Below, in pieces: positions 28,610 through 38,566 of a stretch of 64,000 nucleotides of DNA. The DNA lies in the NCBI GenBank assembly GCA_938045815.1, contig CALIBI010000008.1, forward strand, positions 6,934-70,933, read 5' to 3'. A program made the translations under genes and the position numbers. The notes under the pieces were generated by a model. The model was not told the origin of the DNA. It searched no databases and saw only the letters and a list, made by a program, of their open reading frames with translations. Each line of letters opens with the position of its first letter. Within the stretch, counting starts at the first letter, position 1. The stretch is from an uncultured Sulfolobales archaeon. Lineage in GTDB: Archaea; Thermoproteota; Thermoprotei_A; Sulfolobales; NBVN01.

Positions 28610-30013
28610 GTGGGAAAGTCGGGTGAGTCTCTAGGTTTTGGTATAGAGGGTCTAGATAAGATTTTAGGGAGTTTCGCTACACCTCCGTACACTATAGTCG
28701 TAGCCGGACATCCCGGAGCCGGGAAAACCACTATGGCCTCTACTATATGCTACTCTAACGCTCTCAAAGGATATAAGTGTCTCTACATATCTACGCAGGA
28801 AGATAGAGAGAAGCTCTATAAGTATATGAGTAAGCTAGGGCTTGATCTCGAGAAGGTTGAGTCTGCAGGACTCTTAAAATTCATTAAGATACCTATCATA
28901 CTCGACGCAGATGAAGTTGCTGAAATGATAAGTAGGTTTGTTTCTGAAGAGTATAGTGTCGTAGTGGTAGATTCTGTCAACCCTCTTTTAGACATCCCCG
29001 AGAAAAAGAGTGAGAAGAGGTCCTGGCTCCAGAACTTCTTCTACACGATATCACGAATAATTAATGGTTTACTTATACTTGTGACTGAGATGCCCTACGG
29101 TTCTGAGTCGTTAGAGCTAGGAAACATTGAGTTTGTTTCTGACGCGCTCTTTATACTGAAGCAAAGAAAGGAGGAAGGATTCATGGTTAGAAGTCTTGAA
29201 ATCAGAAAAGCAAGAGGAGCTCCAGTACTACTAGCAGAGATGCCTATCTCGATAAGTGAGGGTAAAGGAATTGAGGTTTGGGTACCACCAATACTAGATG
29301 AGATTACTGAAGAAGGTAAACAAATAGAATTACACTGTGACCTACTCCGAAGAACATTAAACCACATACATAGAGGTATAGTCATAAACATTGTTTACCC
29401 GCCAGATACCGATTACGTTGATTTGATTCTGGTGTTACTTAGCTTAGCTATGAAAGAAAATATGAAGATACTTTTCGTGAGTTACAAATACTCACCAAAC
29501 ACGATGCGAGAAGCTGCAGTTGATAACCTAGTTAGAAGGGGCTTCGATAGAGAGTTGAGTGAGAAACTAGTAGAGAAACATGTAGTGTTTAGAAGCATTA
29601 ACCCGTTTTCATGTAGTGTTTCTCAGCTCGTGATGCGTGAATCATCATTAATTAATGAATTAAACCCGGACATAGTAGTTTTCCATAGTGTTGAGATACC
29701 TCGGCAAACCGTAAGCATCGTCGATCACTTTAGAGAACTTTATAATCAAATGAATTACTTGAAAAAACAAGGAAAAATAATCGTTAGGATCGGAGCATAC
29801 ACAGATGATTTTAGCTATAGGCTAGAGTCAAGAGTTGCTGACGCCGTAATGAGACTTGAGCACGAGATCTCAGAAGGCAACATAGGTTATAGAGCTTATT
29901 TGTGGAGGAGATTCAGACAGCCCTACATAGCGACCTACGAAGAACTCAACGAGTGTGTTGAAGAAGTTGTAGGCCATATAAAGAAGTTAGCCGCACCTAC
30001 CTCTGAACAATGA
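28610..30013 (+). CDS. KaiC/RadA-like double-domain RecA-superfamily ATPase (second domain degenerate)
   Basis: Domain 1 has GIEGLDKILG..GHPGAGKTTMA (Walker A) and VVVVDS (Walker B). Domain 2 has the same fold pattern but no GxxxxGKT (reads VYPPDTDYVD). Confidence 0.7.
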   Translation: MGKSGESLGFGIEGLDKILGSFATPPYTIVVAGHPGAGKTTMASTICYSNALKGYKCLYISTQEDREKLYKYMSKLGLDLEKVESAGLLKFIKIPIILDADEVAEMISRFVSEEYSVVVVDSVNPLLDIPEKKSEKRSWLQNFFYTISRIINGLLILVTEMPYGSESLELGNIEFVSDALFILKQRKEEGFMVRSLEIRKARGAPVLLAEMPISISEGKGIEVWVPPILDEITEEGKQIELHCDLLRRTLNHIHRGIVINIVYPPDTDYVDLILVLLSLAMKENMKILFVSYKYSPNTMREAAVDNLVRRGFDRELSEKLVEKHVVFRSINPFSCSVSQLVMRESSLINELNPDIVVFHSVEIPRQTVSIVDHFRELYNQMNYLKKQGKIIVRIGAYTDDFSYRLESRVADAVMRLEHEISEGNIGYRAYLWRRFRQPYIATYEELNECVEEVVGHIKKLAAPTSEQ

Positions 30014-30094
30014 TGCTAGCCAGCTCAGAAACAACCGCGATCACTGAAATCTTTATAAACTTCTGAGAATGTATTACATGAAGTAGGGTGTGAG

Positions 30095-30427
30095 ATGAGT
30101 AAGAAAAACAAGGTAGATATAGTCTCTTTATGTGGTGGACTGCCGGAGGAACTCTGTGTTCAGTTAGGTGCTGAGGAGCAACTCGTTAAGATTAGATTAG
30201 AGAAGAGGAAGTTTGGTAAGGAAGTCACGATCATAGAGGGTATAGATCCATCAACTTATGATTTAAAGAAAGTAGCTTCTGTTCTTAAGAGTAGGTTAGC
30301 GACTGGCGGCACGGTCAAGGATAATCATATAGAGATACAGGGCGATCAGAGGCAGAAAGTCAAGAGTATACTTATTGAGGAGTTCGGTATTCCTGCTGAA
30401 AGCATAATATTCATAGAAACTGAGTAA
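30095..30427 (+). CDS. sui1: translation initiation factor aSUI1 (eIF1 homologue)
   Basis: [20 protein letters not shown]...[26 protein letters not shown] is the SUI1 fold signature. Confidence 0.9.
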   Translation: MSKKNKVDIVSLCGGLPEELCVQLGAEEQLVKIRLEKRKFGKEVTIIEGIDPSTYDLKKVASVLKSRLATGGTVKDNHIEIQGDQRQKVKSILIEEFGIPAESIIFIETE

Positions 30428-30445
30428 AAACTTTTAATTACAAGG

Positions 30446-31372
30446 TTACTCTTCCTCATCCTCCGGAACTCTAAGATTTAGTTGCTGTGTTATTTCCCTA
30501 TACCTATTTCTCACAGTAACTTCAGTTACTCCAGCTACTTGAGCTATGTCTTTCTGTGTTTTCTTTATGCCGCAAAGTCTAGCAGCTATGTAGACCGCTG
30601 CTGCAGCTACTCCCGCTGGGTCCTTACCTGCAGTAATTCCAGTACTTTTAGCTTGCTCAAGTATCTCCTTAGCTTTGGCTTCCACTCTCCCACCAAGTCC
30701 TAACGCCGAGATCATTTGCGGTATGTAGTCACTAGCTCCTGAGACAGGTATCTTTATGTTAAGTTCACGAACTAATAACCTGAAGCACCTAGCTATTTCC
30801 TTCTTCTGAGTCTTAGTATACTCTGCTATATCGTCGAGAGATCTAGGTAGTTTGTAGAGTCTACAAGCTATGTATAGGCAAGCAGCGACAACAGCCTCTA
30901 CAGCCCTACCTCTAACCACTCCTCTCTCAACAGCTTTCCTATAGATAGTTGCGGCTTCATCCTTAATAGCTTCAGGAAGACCTAACTCCACAGCTAACCT
31001 ATCTAACTCCTCAGCTGCTTGAGTTATGTTCCTATCTATACTGTTCTGTATCCTCGTTCTTATTTGCCACTTACGCATACGCATAGCTTCCAACTTACGC
31101 TCTAGCTCAAGCTTCTTACCTGAAGCATCTCTATCACGCCAATCAATCATAGTAGCTATGCCGCTATCATGTAGTGTCTGTGATAGTGGGGAGCCAGAAC
31201 GCGACCTTCTTTCTTTTTCTTCAGGAGTAAACGCTCTCCATTCAGGCCCCTGATCTACAACCCTCTCCTCAATGACTTCACCACCCTCAGTACATATATA
31301 CTCTCCCCTAACCTCATCGTAAATAATCTTACCTGGAGGACACTTCTCCTCCCGTTTCTCATGCTCTGTCAT
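30446..31372 (-). CDS. tfb: transcription initiation factor TFB
   Basis: B-reader/linker DQGPEWRAF, two cyclin repeats and a C-terminal HTH ([12 protein letters not shown]). ATG 31372 is preferred because GGTGGGTGG SD lies just upstream; GTG 31381 is possible. The N-terminal ribbon keeps only 2 of 4 Cys. Confidence 0.9.
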   Translation of the reverse strand: MTEHEKREEKCPPGKIIYDEVRGEYICTEGGEVIEERVVDQGPEWRAFTPEEKERRSRSGSPLSQTLHDSGIATMIDWRDRDASGKKLELERKLEAMRMRKWQIRTRIQNSIDRNITQAAEELDRLAVELGLPEAIKDEAATIYRKAVERGVVRGRAVEAVVAACLYIACRLYKLPRSLDDIAEYTKTQKKEIARCFRLLVRELNIKIPVSGASDYIPQMISALGLGGRVEAKAKEILEQAKSTGITAGKDPAGVAAAAVYIAARLCGIKKTQKDIAQVAGVTEVTVRNRYREITQQLNLRVPEDEEE

Positions 31373-31555
31373 CCAGACCACCCACCGTAAACCTTAAAAA
31401 CTCTTGTTTACATAGTTAATAAGCTTTTTTACTAGGTTAAAGAAAACTTCTAGCCAAACCCTCACGACCAGTAGGTTAAAGCTTAACAATTCACCATCTC
31501 CACATAATATACTGATAGGGTCTCTGAAGCGTTTTATGAGGCTTAAAGTCTAGAA

Positions 31556-32773
31556 TCATGTCTTTTCTAGTTCGTTTATAAATTCCGCCATTACTTCAAT
31601 ACCCTTTATTAGCTTATCTTCTGTTTGTGTTACGAAAGTCATTCTAAGGTGGTTATTTCCGTGATCACCAAATATAGAACCTGGTAACATTACCACTCCT
31701 TTCTTGTCTGCTAATTGATACGTGAAATCAATATCGTTCATTTTAAGTTTTTCTAGGTAGGGCGACATATCAGGGAATAAGTACATGGAAGCAGGCGGCC
31801 TCCACACTCTCGCTTCAGGTAAATACTTCCTCACAGCATCGTAGAGGGCGTCTCTCCTAGACCTATATATCGGGAGCACTTTACTCAAGTATTTTTCTTT
31901 TACGCCTGACGTGAGTGCGTAGTAAGCGAACCACTGCCCAGGAACTGGTGAGGTAATACTTAGGAGTCCTTTAATCTTAACCATCTCAGATATTACTTCT
32001 TTTGGCGCGTACGCGTACCCAACTCTGAAGCCGGGTATAGCAACATCTTTAGAGAATGAGTTAATACTTATTAGTTTCTCCATAATTCTAGAATATCTTT
32101 GAATCCATACATGCTCACCCTCGTACACGACGTGCTTATAAGCTTCATCATATATAAGCCAAACGTCGTTATCAATACATAAATCTGCTATGAGCTTCAT
32201 TAAGTCCTCCCGTATTATCCTGCTAGTCGGGTTATCAGGACTAACTACTATGACAGCAGCTGTACTCCTACTTACGGAATTCTTTAAGCATTCCTCATCA
32301 GGCTGAAAACCATCATCAATTACTTGACTACACCTCCTTACCCTCAAATCATATAGTTCTGCTAAATCCCAGTAAACACTATATGTCGGGTCTAGCAAAA
32401 CTATCTCGTCACCCAGATCTGTAGTAGTTATTAGTGATAGGTTCATCCCTTCTACACCACCTGAAGTCACAACGATATTCTCAGGATCTACCTCAAAACC
32501 ACCATACCTTCTTAAGTCTTCCTTAATAGCCTCACGTAACTCATACAACCCCTTCGTAGATACGTATCTAAAATGATTAAAAGGATTCTTAACAAGCCTA
32601 ATATAGAAATCATTAATTAAGTCCTCATCAGGTGGAAGACCTGGCTGACCAGCCGAGTAATTATAGACGGTTCTTCCAGACTTAAGAAGCTCATCAACCT
32701 TAGCTACGAGCTTCCTATGAGGTGACGGCTTAATCCTTGAAGATCTTAATGAGATCTTCCTCATAAACACCAA
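31556..32773 (-). CDS. class I PLP-dependent aminotransferase (aspartate/aromatic type)
   Basis: SPDNPTS, YDEAY, and SFSKDVAIPGFRVGY containing the PLP lysine. Confidence 0.8.
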   Translation of the reverse strand: MVFMRKISLRSSRIKPSPHRKLVAKVDELLKSGRTVYNYSAGQPGLPPDEDLINDFYIRLVKNPFNHFRYVSTKGLYELREAIKEDLRRYGGFEVDPENIVVTSGGVEGMNLSLITTTDLGDEIVLLDPTYSVYWDLAELYDLRVRRCSQVIDDGFQPDEECLKNSVSRSTAAVIVVSPDNPTSRIIREDLMKLIADLCIDNDVWLIYDEAYKHVVYEGEHVWIQRYSRIMEKLISINSFSKDVAIPGFRVGYAYAPKEVISEMVKIKGLLSITSPVPGQWFAYYALTSGVKEKYLSKVLPIYRSRRDALYDAVRKYLPEARVWRPPASMYLFPDMSPYLEKLKMNDIDFTYQLADKKGVVMLPGSIFGDHGNNHLRMTFVTQTEDKLIKGIEVMAEFINELEKT

Positions 32774-33113
32774 CCAAATATTTTACTAACACGAATTAAT
32801 AAAGCTTTAATCTAAGCTAACGTTTTTAAACCTGATAACGGGAGCTTAAAACATATTAATACATTAATCACGCAGAATATGACTAGGTCCTACTAATCCG
32901 TTAATCATAGTGTGAGGGATGCCTATACTCTACTAAGTATACCCTCAATAAATAGACAAAGCGAGCCTTCATGGAATCCCTAAATAGAAACGATAACTAA
33001 ACCAGCAAAAGCTAGATGTGCGGCTTCTTTAAACTCCTAACTACTATTCTGACTTTCCTAACATTCTAAAACGAGAATTCCTAAGTATTTTCAGTTAAAA
33101 ATTGTTTCAATTA

Positions 33114-34208
33114 TTACTTTCTCATGAGATGCACTATTGCTTTAGGATTCTTTATCCTTAATGCTAGAGTTTCCCAAAGTCTGTAGGTGTGTTCGTCAGC
33201 TGAAGGACCTAGGTAGTCTAAGACTGTGTCAGCTCCAATAACTAAGTCTATCATGTATTTGTTCGTTGAGATTACTAGAACATCGTTATCGCTTAGTAGG
33301 GGAGTCTGAATCACCTCACTTACTAAAGCTTTAATTCTTTCTAATTCCGTAACGCCCGCTCTCTCGGTATATCTTAGTAAGTCTGCGTATCTCGCGGGAC
33401 TCACAAGCAGTACGTAGGGTGGTGGTATAGCTTCGTCAATTAGCTTCTTCACAGCTTTCGAGACGTCCGCTACTGGATTTCCTGGCACGCTCCAGTCACT
33501 TAATTCTTCCTTAATACTCATCTCGCAAGTGAGGAGTCCAGGCCATCCTTTCTCTAAGTCTCCCTCAAGTATTACCTTGTCTTCATTTAGAGCAAGCTTT
33601 GATGAAGCGAGTGATAGTGGCGCCAGGTCTGGCTGAATTCCTGACCTACTCCAGTAATCCAGTATTCTAACCTTAATACTGAATTGAGTACTAAGTTCAC
33701 TCAACATAACCATCCTGCTAATTCTGGACCTAATAGTTTCTTCAGTTACTACTTCTTCTAACGGAAGAACCTCGACCCCCCTACCTACGTGAACAATCTC
33801 CAGTACTCTACGTAATCTTCTCGCCGAGTTAGTGATTTCTTTAGCTCTAGCGCTCAGCTTCTTTAGAATTTCGTCTTCGAGAGTATATTTCTGAGTTATT
33901 GGGTCGCTATCAGGCACTGAAATACCTGTTAATTGTTTTACTTCCTCAGCACCTGCTTTAAGTTCAGATACTTGCTCAGGATCTAGAGACTTAAGTAGCG
34001 CGAGGAACTCACCCACATGAGTTTTTTCTTCCTTAGCAATATCTTCAAATACTTTCCTCACATTCTCGTCTTCGGAATACCTGGCTAGTTGTAGGTAGAG
34101 ATTTATAGCGTCTAGCTCAGCTATTATGGAGAGTCTTAAAGCCTCAGCTACTTCCTCCTTACTAAATTTTCTTGGCTGCGGTAACTCAAGAGGATGTTTA
34201 CTGAGCAA
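33114..34208 (-). CDS. encapsulin shell protein with N-terminally fused ferritin-like (Flp) domain
   Basis: Residues about 1-95 have EAL..ELDAINLY..EEKTHVGEF (ferritin-like ExxH di-iron motifs). The remainder is collinear with linocin-M18/encapsulin (PPYVLLVSPARYADLL, LVISTNKYMIDLVIGADTVLDYLGP, RLWETLALRIKNPKAIVHL). Same architecture as the Pyrococcus furiosus virus-like particle protein. Confidence 0.8.
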   Translation of the reverse strand: MLSKHPLELPQPRKFSKEEVAEALRLSIIAELDAINLYLQLARYSEDENVRKVFEDIAKEEKTHVGEFLALLKSLDPEQVSELKAGAEEVKQLTGISVPDSDPITQKYTLEDEILKKLSARAKEITNSARRLRRVLEIVHVGRGVEVLPLEEVVTEETIRSRISRMVMLSELSTQFSIKVRILDYWSRSGIQPDLAPLSLASSKLALNEDKVILEGDLEKGWPGLLTCEMSIKEELSDWSVPGNPVADVSKAVKKLIDEAIPPPYVLLVSPARYADLLRYTERAGVTELERIKALVSEVIQTPLLSDNDVLVISTNKYMIDLVIGADTVLDYLGPSADEHTYRLWETLALRIKNPKAIVHLMRK

Positions 34209-34330
34209 ACTATCACCCTAATAAGATTATACTGGAAATATTAAATACTTAACGTAGTCGGAGAGAATACTTATTAGGCGTTGCTAAGTGTATAATAATA
34301 TCTCTAACACTCTATAGTTGGTGGCGTGAA

Positions 34331-34852
34331 GTGAGTCTTCAAGAAGACGAACTAGTAAGTAAGTGGTTGATAGAAGAAGGCTTTAATGTTAGGAAGCTTG
34401 AAACACAACCACATTTCAGAATTGCTTGGGGTCTTGATGTCTTTACGCAACCTCCACTTCACATAAATCTTAAGGTCTTCAGACCTGAGGGTAGGGAGGA
34501 TCGCTACGTTCTCTTGTTAGGTGTTGCTGTGTCTCCAGAACACAAGAAAAAGTTAAGTGAGTTAAGTGTTGAGGAAGTGTTAAAGTTTTCGTCAAAACTC
34601 ATGTATAGAATTATTGCAGTGTGCCCAACATGTAATATCGGCCTGCAACCAAGCCCTATAGATCTTCAAGCAATTACGGTGGCACGGGTAGTGTTTAGGA
34701 ATGAGTTGAGTGAGAATTATAAGCCTAGATTTGTTGAACATATCTACAGATTAATGAATACGTTTTTTACAATAGTTTCTACATTCAACGAAGACTTCCC
34801 AGTAATACCCCCCAAAACAAGGACTGGGAAAGAACCCTCAACGATACTCTAA
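34331..34852 (+). CDS. conserved hypothetical protein (possibly DUF2299/YbjN-like)
   Basis: ORF divergent from the encapsulin gene. Weak recollection of an archaeal DUF only. Confidence 0.45.
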   Translation: MSLQEDELVSKWLIEEGFNVRKLETQPHFRIAWGLDVFTQPPLHINLKVFRPEGREDRYVLLLGVAVSPEHKKKLSELSVEEVLKFSSKLMYRIIAVCPTCNIGLQPSPIDLQAITVARVVFRNELSENYKPRFVEHIYRLMNTFFTIVSTFNEDFPVIPPKTRTGKEPSTIL

Positions 34853-35142
34853 ATAAATGGTTCTCGTAATTCTAAGACAAAACTCTGCAGATAATCAAGT
34901 TACAAACTTACATACGCTAACTAATTACTTAATAACTTAACTAGTCACCCACCCTGAATTCTTGTGCTTTATAAAGTAGACAGAATTTTTGTATTTCATG
35001 AGATTTTTAACCTATAACACACTATGTGCACTTCAATAAAATACTTACACGTTATTATAAAAATTTACATAGGTGACGTAATGAAGTAACTTTCAATAAG
35101 TTTATATACCTCTCAGTAGATATTATTAATGTGGTGAAAAAT

Positions 35143-35334
35143 ATGGAGAAGTGGATGGCTTTTGATGTAAAAGCCAAGAAGAAAATAGAGATTCAGAACC
35201 CGCAGTTCGTGAAGTTAAAGAACAACAGGTGGGCGGTAGTAGGCACCAGTCCTGAAACCAAGATCAAGGTAGTTAGATTCTTAAGCAAGAAAGAAGTTGA
35301 GGACCTCAAAAAGAAGGGCTTAATTAAGGAATAA
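35143..35334 (+). CDS. small basic protein, putative nucleic-acid binding (zinc-less DUF5679/CC1-like)
   Basis: 63 aa and Lys-rich. TTTATATA box at 35101-35108 and GTGGTGA SD 5 nt before ATG 35143. The MAFDVKAKKKIEIQNPQFVKLKNNRWAVVGTSPETKIKVV pattern resembles small zinc-ribbon beta proteins with all Cys replaced. Confidence 0.5.
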   Translation: MEKWMAFDVKAKKKIEIQNPQFVKLKNNRWAVVGTSPETKIKVVRFLSKKEVEDLKKKGLIKE

Positions 35335-35612
35335 ACTAAAAACATAAAATTTACCTTTTTATTTTCAACTCTAAACCTTCCTAATTTCTTCAGTAGAGAG
35401 TTCCTTACTTAGCTTTTATCAGTTACTTTAGAGTTTCGTAGCTAGAATATCCTCGAAGAAATTGAAGCCAATGTTGTGAGACAAGATAGTAGAGATTCCC
35501 CAGCAGTATTTGCACGTCGTATAAGCTCTCCTTAAGAAAATCAGGGAAAGGACCCCCCAACTCTTTTTAAGTATTTCTATTTTGTCAGTATTACTGTGAG
35601 GTGTTGAACGCA

Positions 35613-36326
35613 ATGGTAATAACTCTAGATCAAGTTGATAAATATGTTGGTCAGTTAATAAAAGATGAATATGGGAGAGTTATCGGTAGGTTAGTAGCTA
35701 CGTTCAGCAACGTTTCTGGTGAGATAGAGACTTTAGAAGTAGTAATTAATGACGCTGTGTACGAGAACGTCCCAGTCAGCAGAGTTAAGCTAACGCCTGA
35801 CGGACCTGTCGTGATGCCTGAATGGAAAGTTCTTGCTATAGAAGCTGAGAACAAGCTTGACAGGGTTAAGAGGAGGTTAAGAGCTACTGAAGAATTATTT
35901 AGGAAAGCATCTATACCTGCGCATGCATATGAGGAACTAAAGAAGAAACTAGATAGTGAGTTCAGAGCACTTAAAGAAGAAGTTAGTAAGGTTAAGGAGT
36001 TACTTAGGAAGAGAGCTGGCGAGCTAGAAGATCTCGTGATAAGACTAGAGAAAGACATGACCAACATGCAGATACTCTACATGGGTAACGAAATAAGTGA
36101 TCAAGCGTATAAGGCATCCTCAGAACTCCTCAGAAGCAATAAGGCTAAGACGCTTGACGAGAAGAGAGACGTCGAGAAGCACCTAGAACTCATCACAAAG
36201 TTAGAGAGTGAAGCTGGTGAAATAAAGCCTATTACTGAGGTGACCCCGCCACCTACCAAGCCTTCTCCCAAGGAACAAGGTAAGGCGGAGCAACCCATAC
36301 AAGTGCAGGTAATAGACGTAACATGA
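35613..36326 (+). CDS. cdvA: cell division protein CdvA
   Basis: PRC-barrel-like N-terminus (VGQLIKDEYGRVIGRLV), long coiled coil, Pro-rich linker and short C-terminal beta tail (PIQVQVIDV), followed by cdvB and cdvC. ATG 35613 has GAGGTG SD upstream. Confidence 0.85.
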   Translation: MVITLDQVDKYVGQLIKDEYGRVIGRLVATFSNVSGEIETLEVVINDAVYENVPVSRVKLTPDGPVVMPEWKVLAIEAENKLDRVKRRLRATEELFRKASIPAHAYEELKKKLDSEFRALKEEVSKVKELLRKRAGELEDLVIRLEKDMTNMQILYMGNEISDQAYKASSELLRSNKAKTLDEKRDVEKHLELITKLESEAGEIKPITEVTPPPTKPSPKEQGKAEQPIQVQVIDVT

Positions 36327-36345
36327 CATCATGGAGGGGTGAGGC

Positions 36346-37221
36346 TTGAGCGTCGCTAGTGGAGGCGGGGAAGTAGGGGTCTTTAAGTGGTTCAGTAGTT
36401 TCGTAGGAAAAATTAGGGGAGGCTCTAAGGTAGACCCTAAGAAGTTTATCTCTCTACTCATAGTGCACGTTGATTCAGCTAAGCAAGAAGTATCAGATGC
36501 TGTAGCTAGGTTGAAGAGTAGGTATGATCACCTAGTTAAAGCAACTATCTCGGCCAGTATAGGTAAAGAGAAAGACAGAGCACTCATATACGCTAATGAA
36601 GCTACTCAAGTCAGAGAGATGACTACTAAGTTGGTTGTTGTGGAGAAGGTGCTCGAGCAAGTAAGGTTAAGGCTTGAGACTCTGGAAGACGTAAGTAACT
36701 TGTCACACCACTTAATAGAGGTTTCTAATCTCCTGGTAGTCGCTAAAGACTACGTGAAAGACCTAGTACCTAACCTGGCTTACAACATAGACAGCTTAAT
36801 CAACGAGTCTAGAAGAGTCATAGCATCTACGACAGACTACACGAAGCTAAAACCTGAGGAGATAATTGAGCACACGCCCGAAGCTAAGAAACTACTCCAA
36901 GAGATAGAGAGAGCTGCTGAGGAAACTATAAAGTCTCAACTACCTGAGATTCCTGTTGATATATTGTTGCCAGTTAAGGTTAAAGGAAATCTTGAGGAAA
37001 AGATTAAGAAAGACGTGGAAGCTATTACGCAGCCAAGCAAACAACCAGACAGATTTAAGACAGTTGATCAGAATCTACTGGAGAAAGCACTACTTGAGTA
37101 CATAGTAACTCATAACGGCTTCGTAGACGTAAACCACTTTAAAGACATGTTTGGTGTGAGCAAGGAAGACGTCTATAAAGCGCTAAACAGGCTACGAGAA
37201 CAAAACAAAATAGTATTCTGA
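36346..37221 (+). CDS. cdvB: ESCRT-III homologue CdvB with C-terminal winged helix
   Basis: Snf7-like helical core, and a C-terminal wH (LLEYIVTHNGFVDVNHFKDMFGVSKEDVYKALNRLREQNKIVF). Sits between cdvA and cdvC. Confidence 0.85.
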   Translation: MSVASGGGEVGVFKWFSSFVGKIRGGSKVDPKKFISLLIVHVDSAKQEVSDAVARLKSRYDHLVKATISASIGKEKDRALIYANEATQVREMTTKLVVVEKVLEQVRLRLETLEDVSNLSHHLIEVSNLLVVAKDYVKDLVPNLAYNIDSLINESRRVIASTTDYTKLKPEEIIEHTPEAKKLLQEIERAAEETIKSQLPEIPVDILLPVKVKGNLEEKIKKDVEAITQPSKQPDRFKTVDQNLLEKALLEYIVTHNGFVDVNHFKDMFGVSKEDVYKALNRLREQNKIVF

Positions 37222-37245
37222 GTTTTTAGGTTAAGGTGATTATGT

Positions 37246-38394
37246 GTGAGTAGCAATTCATTGCCTTACTTAGAAAATATTGCTAGGCATTACGCTATAC
37301 AAGCAGTAATGAATGATAGAGAAGGTAATTACGGTGAAGCAGTGAAAAACTATAAGAACGCTATAGAAGTATTGACAAAGATAATACAGTTATATCCTGA
37401 GAACCCGCTGAACACCATATATAAGGACTGGATTAAGCAATACCAGAAGAGGATAAGAGACTTAGAACATTTTAGAGCCTCACCCCTCCCTACTTCAGGG
37501 TCTGTTAAGGAAGAAAATTATGATGACGAGATTGAGGCTTTAATAGTTAAAGAGAAACCTAAGGTACGCTTCAGTGATGTTGCAGGTCTAGATAACGTGA
37601 AGAGAGCTTTATACGAATCCATAATATACCCGACTAAAAGACCTGACTTATTTCCTCTAGGATGGCCTAGAGCAATACTTCTTTACGGCCCGCCAGGATG
37701 CGGTAAAACATACATAGCCGCAGCCGTAGCTAACGAGATTGAAGGTGTTTTCATACACGTTGATGCTGCTTCAATAATGTCTAAATGGCTTGGAGAATCT
37801 GAACGTAAGGTTGCTTTATTGTTTAATAAAGCTAGGGAAGTCTCCTCAAGAGACTCTAAGCCAGTCATAATATTCATAGATGAAGTCGACTCACTCTTCG
37901 GTACCTTTAGTAGTGAGATCGGTGGGGAGGTAAGAGTTAGGACCCAATTCCTTAAAGAGATGGATGGATTACAAGACAAAGGAAACGAACAAAAACTGGT
38001 TTACGTAATAGCCGCCACCAATAAGCCTTGGAAACTTGATGAAGCATTCATAAGAAGATTTCAGAAAAGGATTTACGTCCCACTACCTGACAAAGAATCT
38101 AGGAGACAGTTACTCAAGCTCTACACCTCATCACTGAACCTATCACCTAATGTTGACCTAGATGAGTTGGCTGACTCTCTAGACGGTTACACCGCTAGCG
38201 ACATAAGAGATATAGTCATGAGTGCTCATCTAAGAACCGTGCGAGAGTTCTTCACGAAAAACGGCGGTTCAGGAAACCCAAGACCAATAATTAAGGAAGA
38301 CTTCGTAGAAGCTATGAAGGAAAGGAAACCCAGCGTTAATAGAGAATTAATCAAGGTTTACGAGACATGGGACTCTAAGTTTAAGGCTGTTTAG
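37246..38394 (+). CDS. cdvC: Vps4-like AAA+ ATPase CdvC
   Basis: N-terminal MIT-like helices ([15 protein letters not shown]). AAA core has [18 protein letters not shown] and the second region of homology. Confidence 0.9.
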   Translation: MSSNSLPYLENIARHYAIQAVMNDREGNYGEAVKNYKNAIEVLTKIIQLYPENPLNTIYKDWIKQYQKRIRDLEHFRASPLPTSGSVKEENYDDEIEALIVKEKPKVRFSDVAGLDNVKRALYESIIYPTKRPDLFPLGWPRAILLYGPPGCGKTYIAAAVANEIEGVFIHVDAASIMSKWLGESERKVALLFNKAREVSSRDSKPVIIFIDEVDSLFGTFSSEIGGEVRVRTQFLKEMDGLQDKGNEQKLVYVIAATNKPWKLDEAFIRRFQKRIYVPLPDKESRRQLLKLYTSSLNLSPNVDLDELADSLDGYTASDIRDIVMSAHLRTVREFFTKNGGSGNPRPIIKEDFVEAMKERKPSVNRELIKVYETWDSKFKAV

Positions 38395-38566
38395 TTATTT
38401 GCTTTTCACGTAGGAACGTATTATCTCTACTACTTAACAGGATATTTTAGTATTCTTAGTTTAATTAATGCTAGGTAATACATTAACTTCAAGAAGGTTA
38501 GACTTTATGAGCTCCCAAATTTCTTAAGGTATGGGGTGAGGAAGTAAAGAATCTTGGTGAGAGAGT

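Noticed and set aside
35651-36067. 138-aa Ser/Leu-rich ORF antisense to cdvA (and similar antisense ORFs at 7700..8038, 36101..36461, 40288..40746, 51269..51673, 59090..59882)
   Set aside because: These are typical shadow ORFs opposite strongly biased (coiled-coil or GAR-rich) coding sequence. Each lies entirely inside a well-supported gene.
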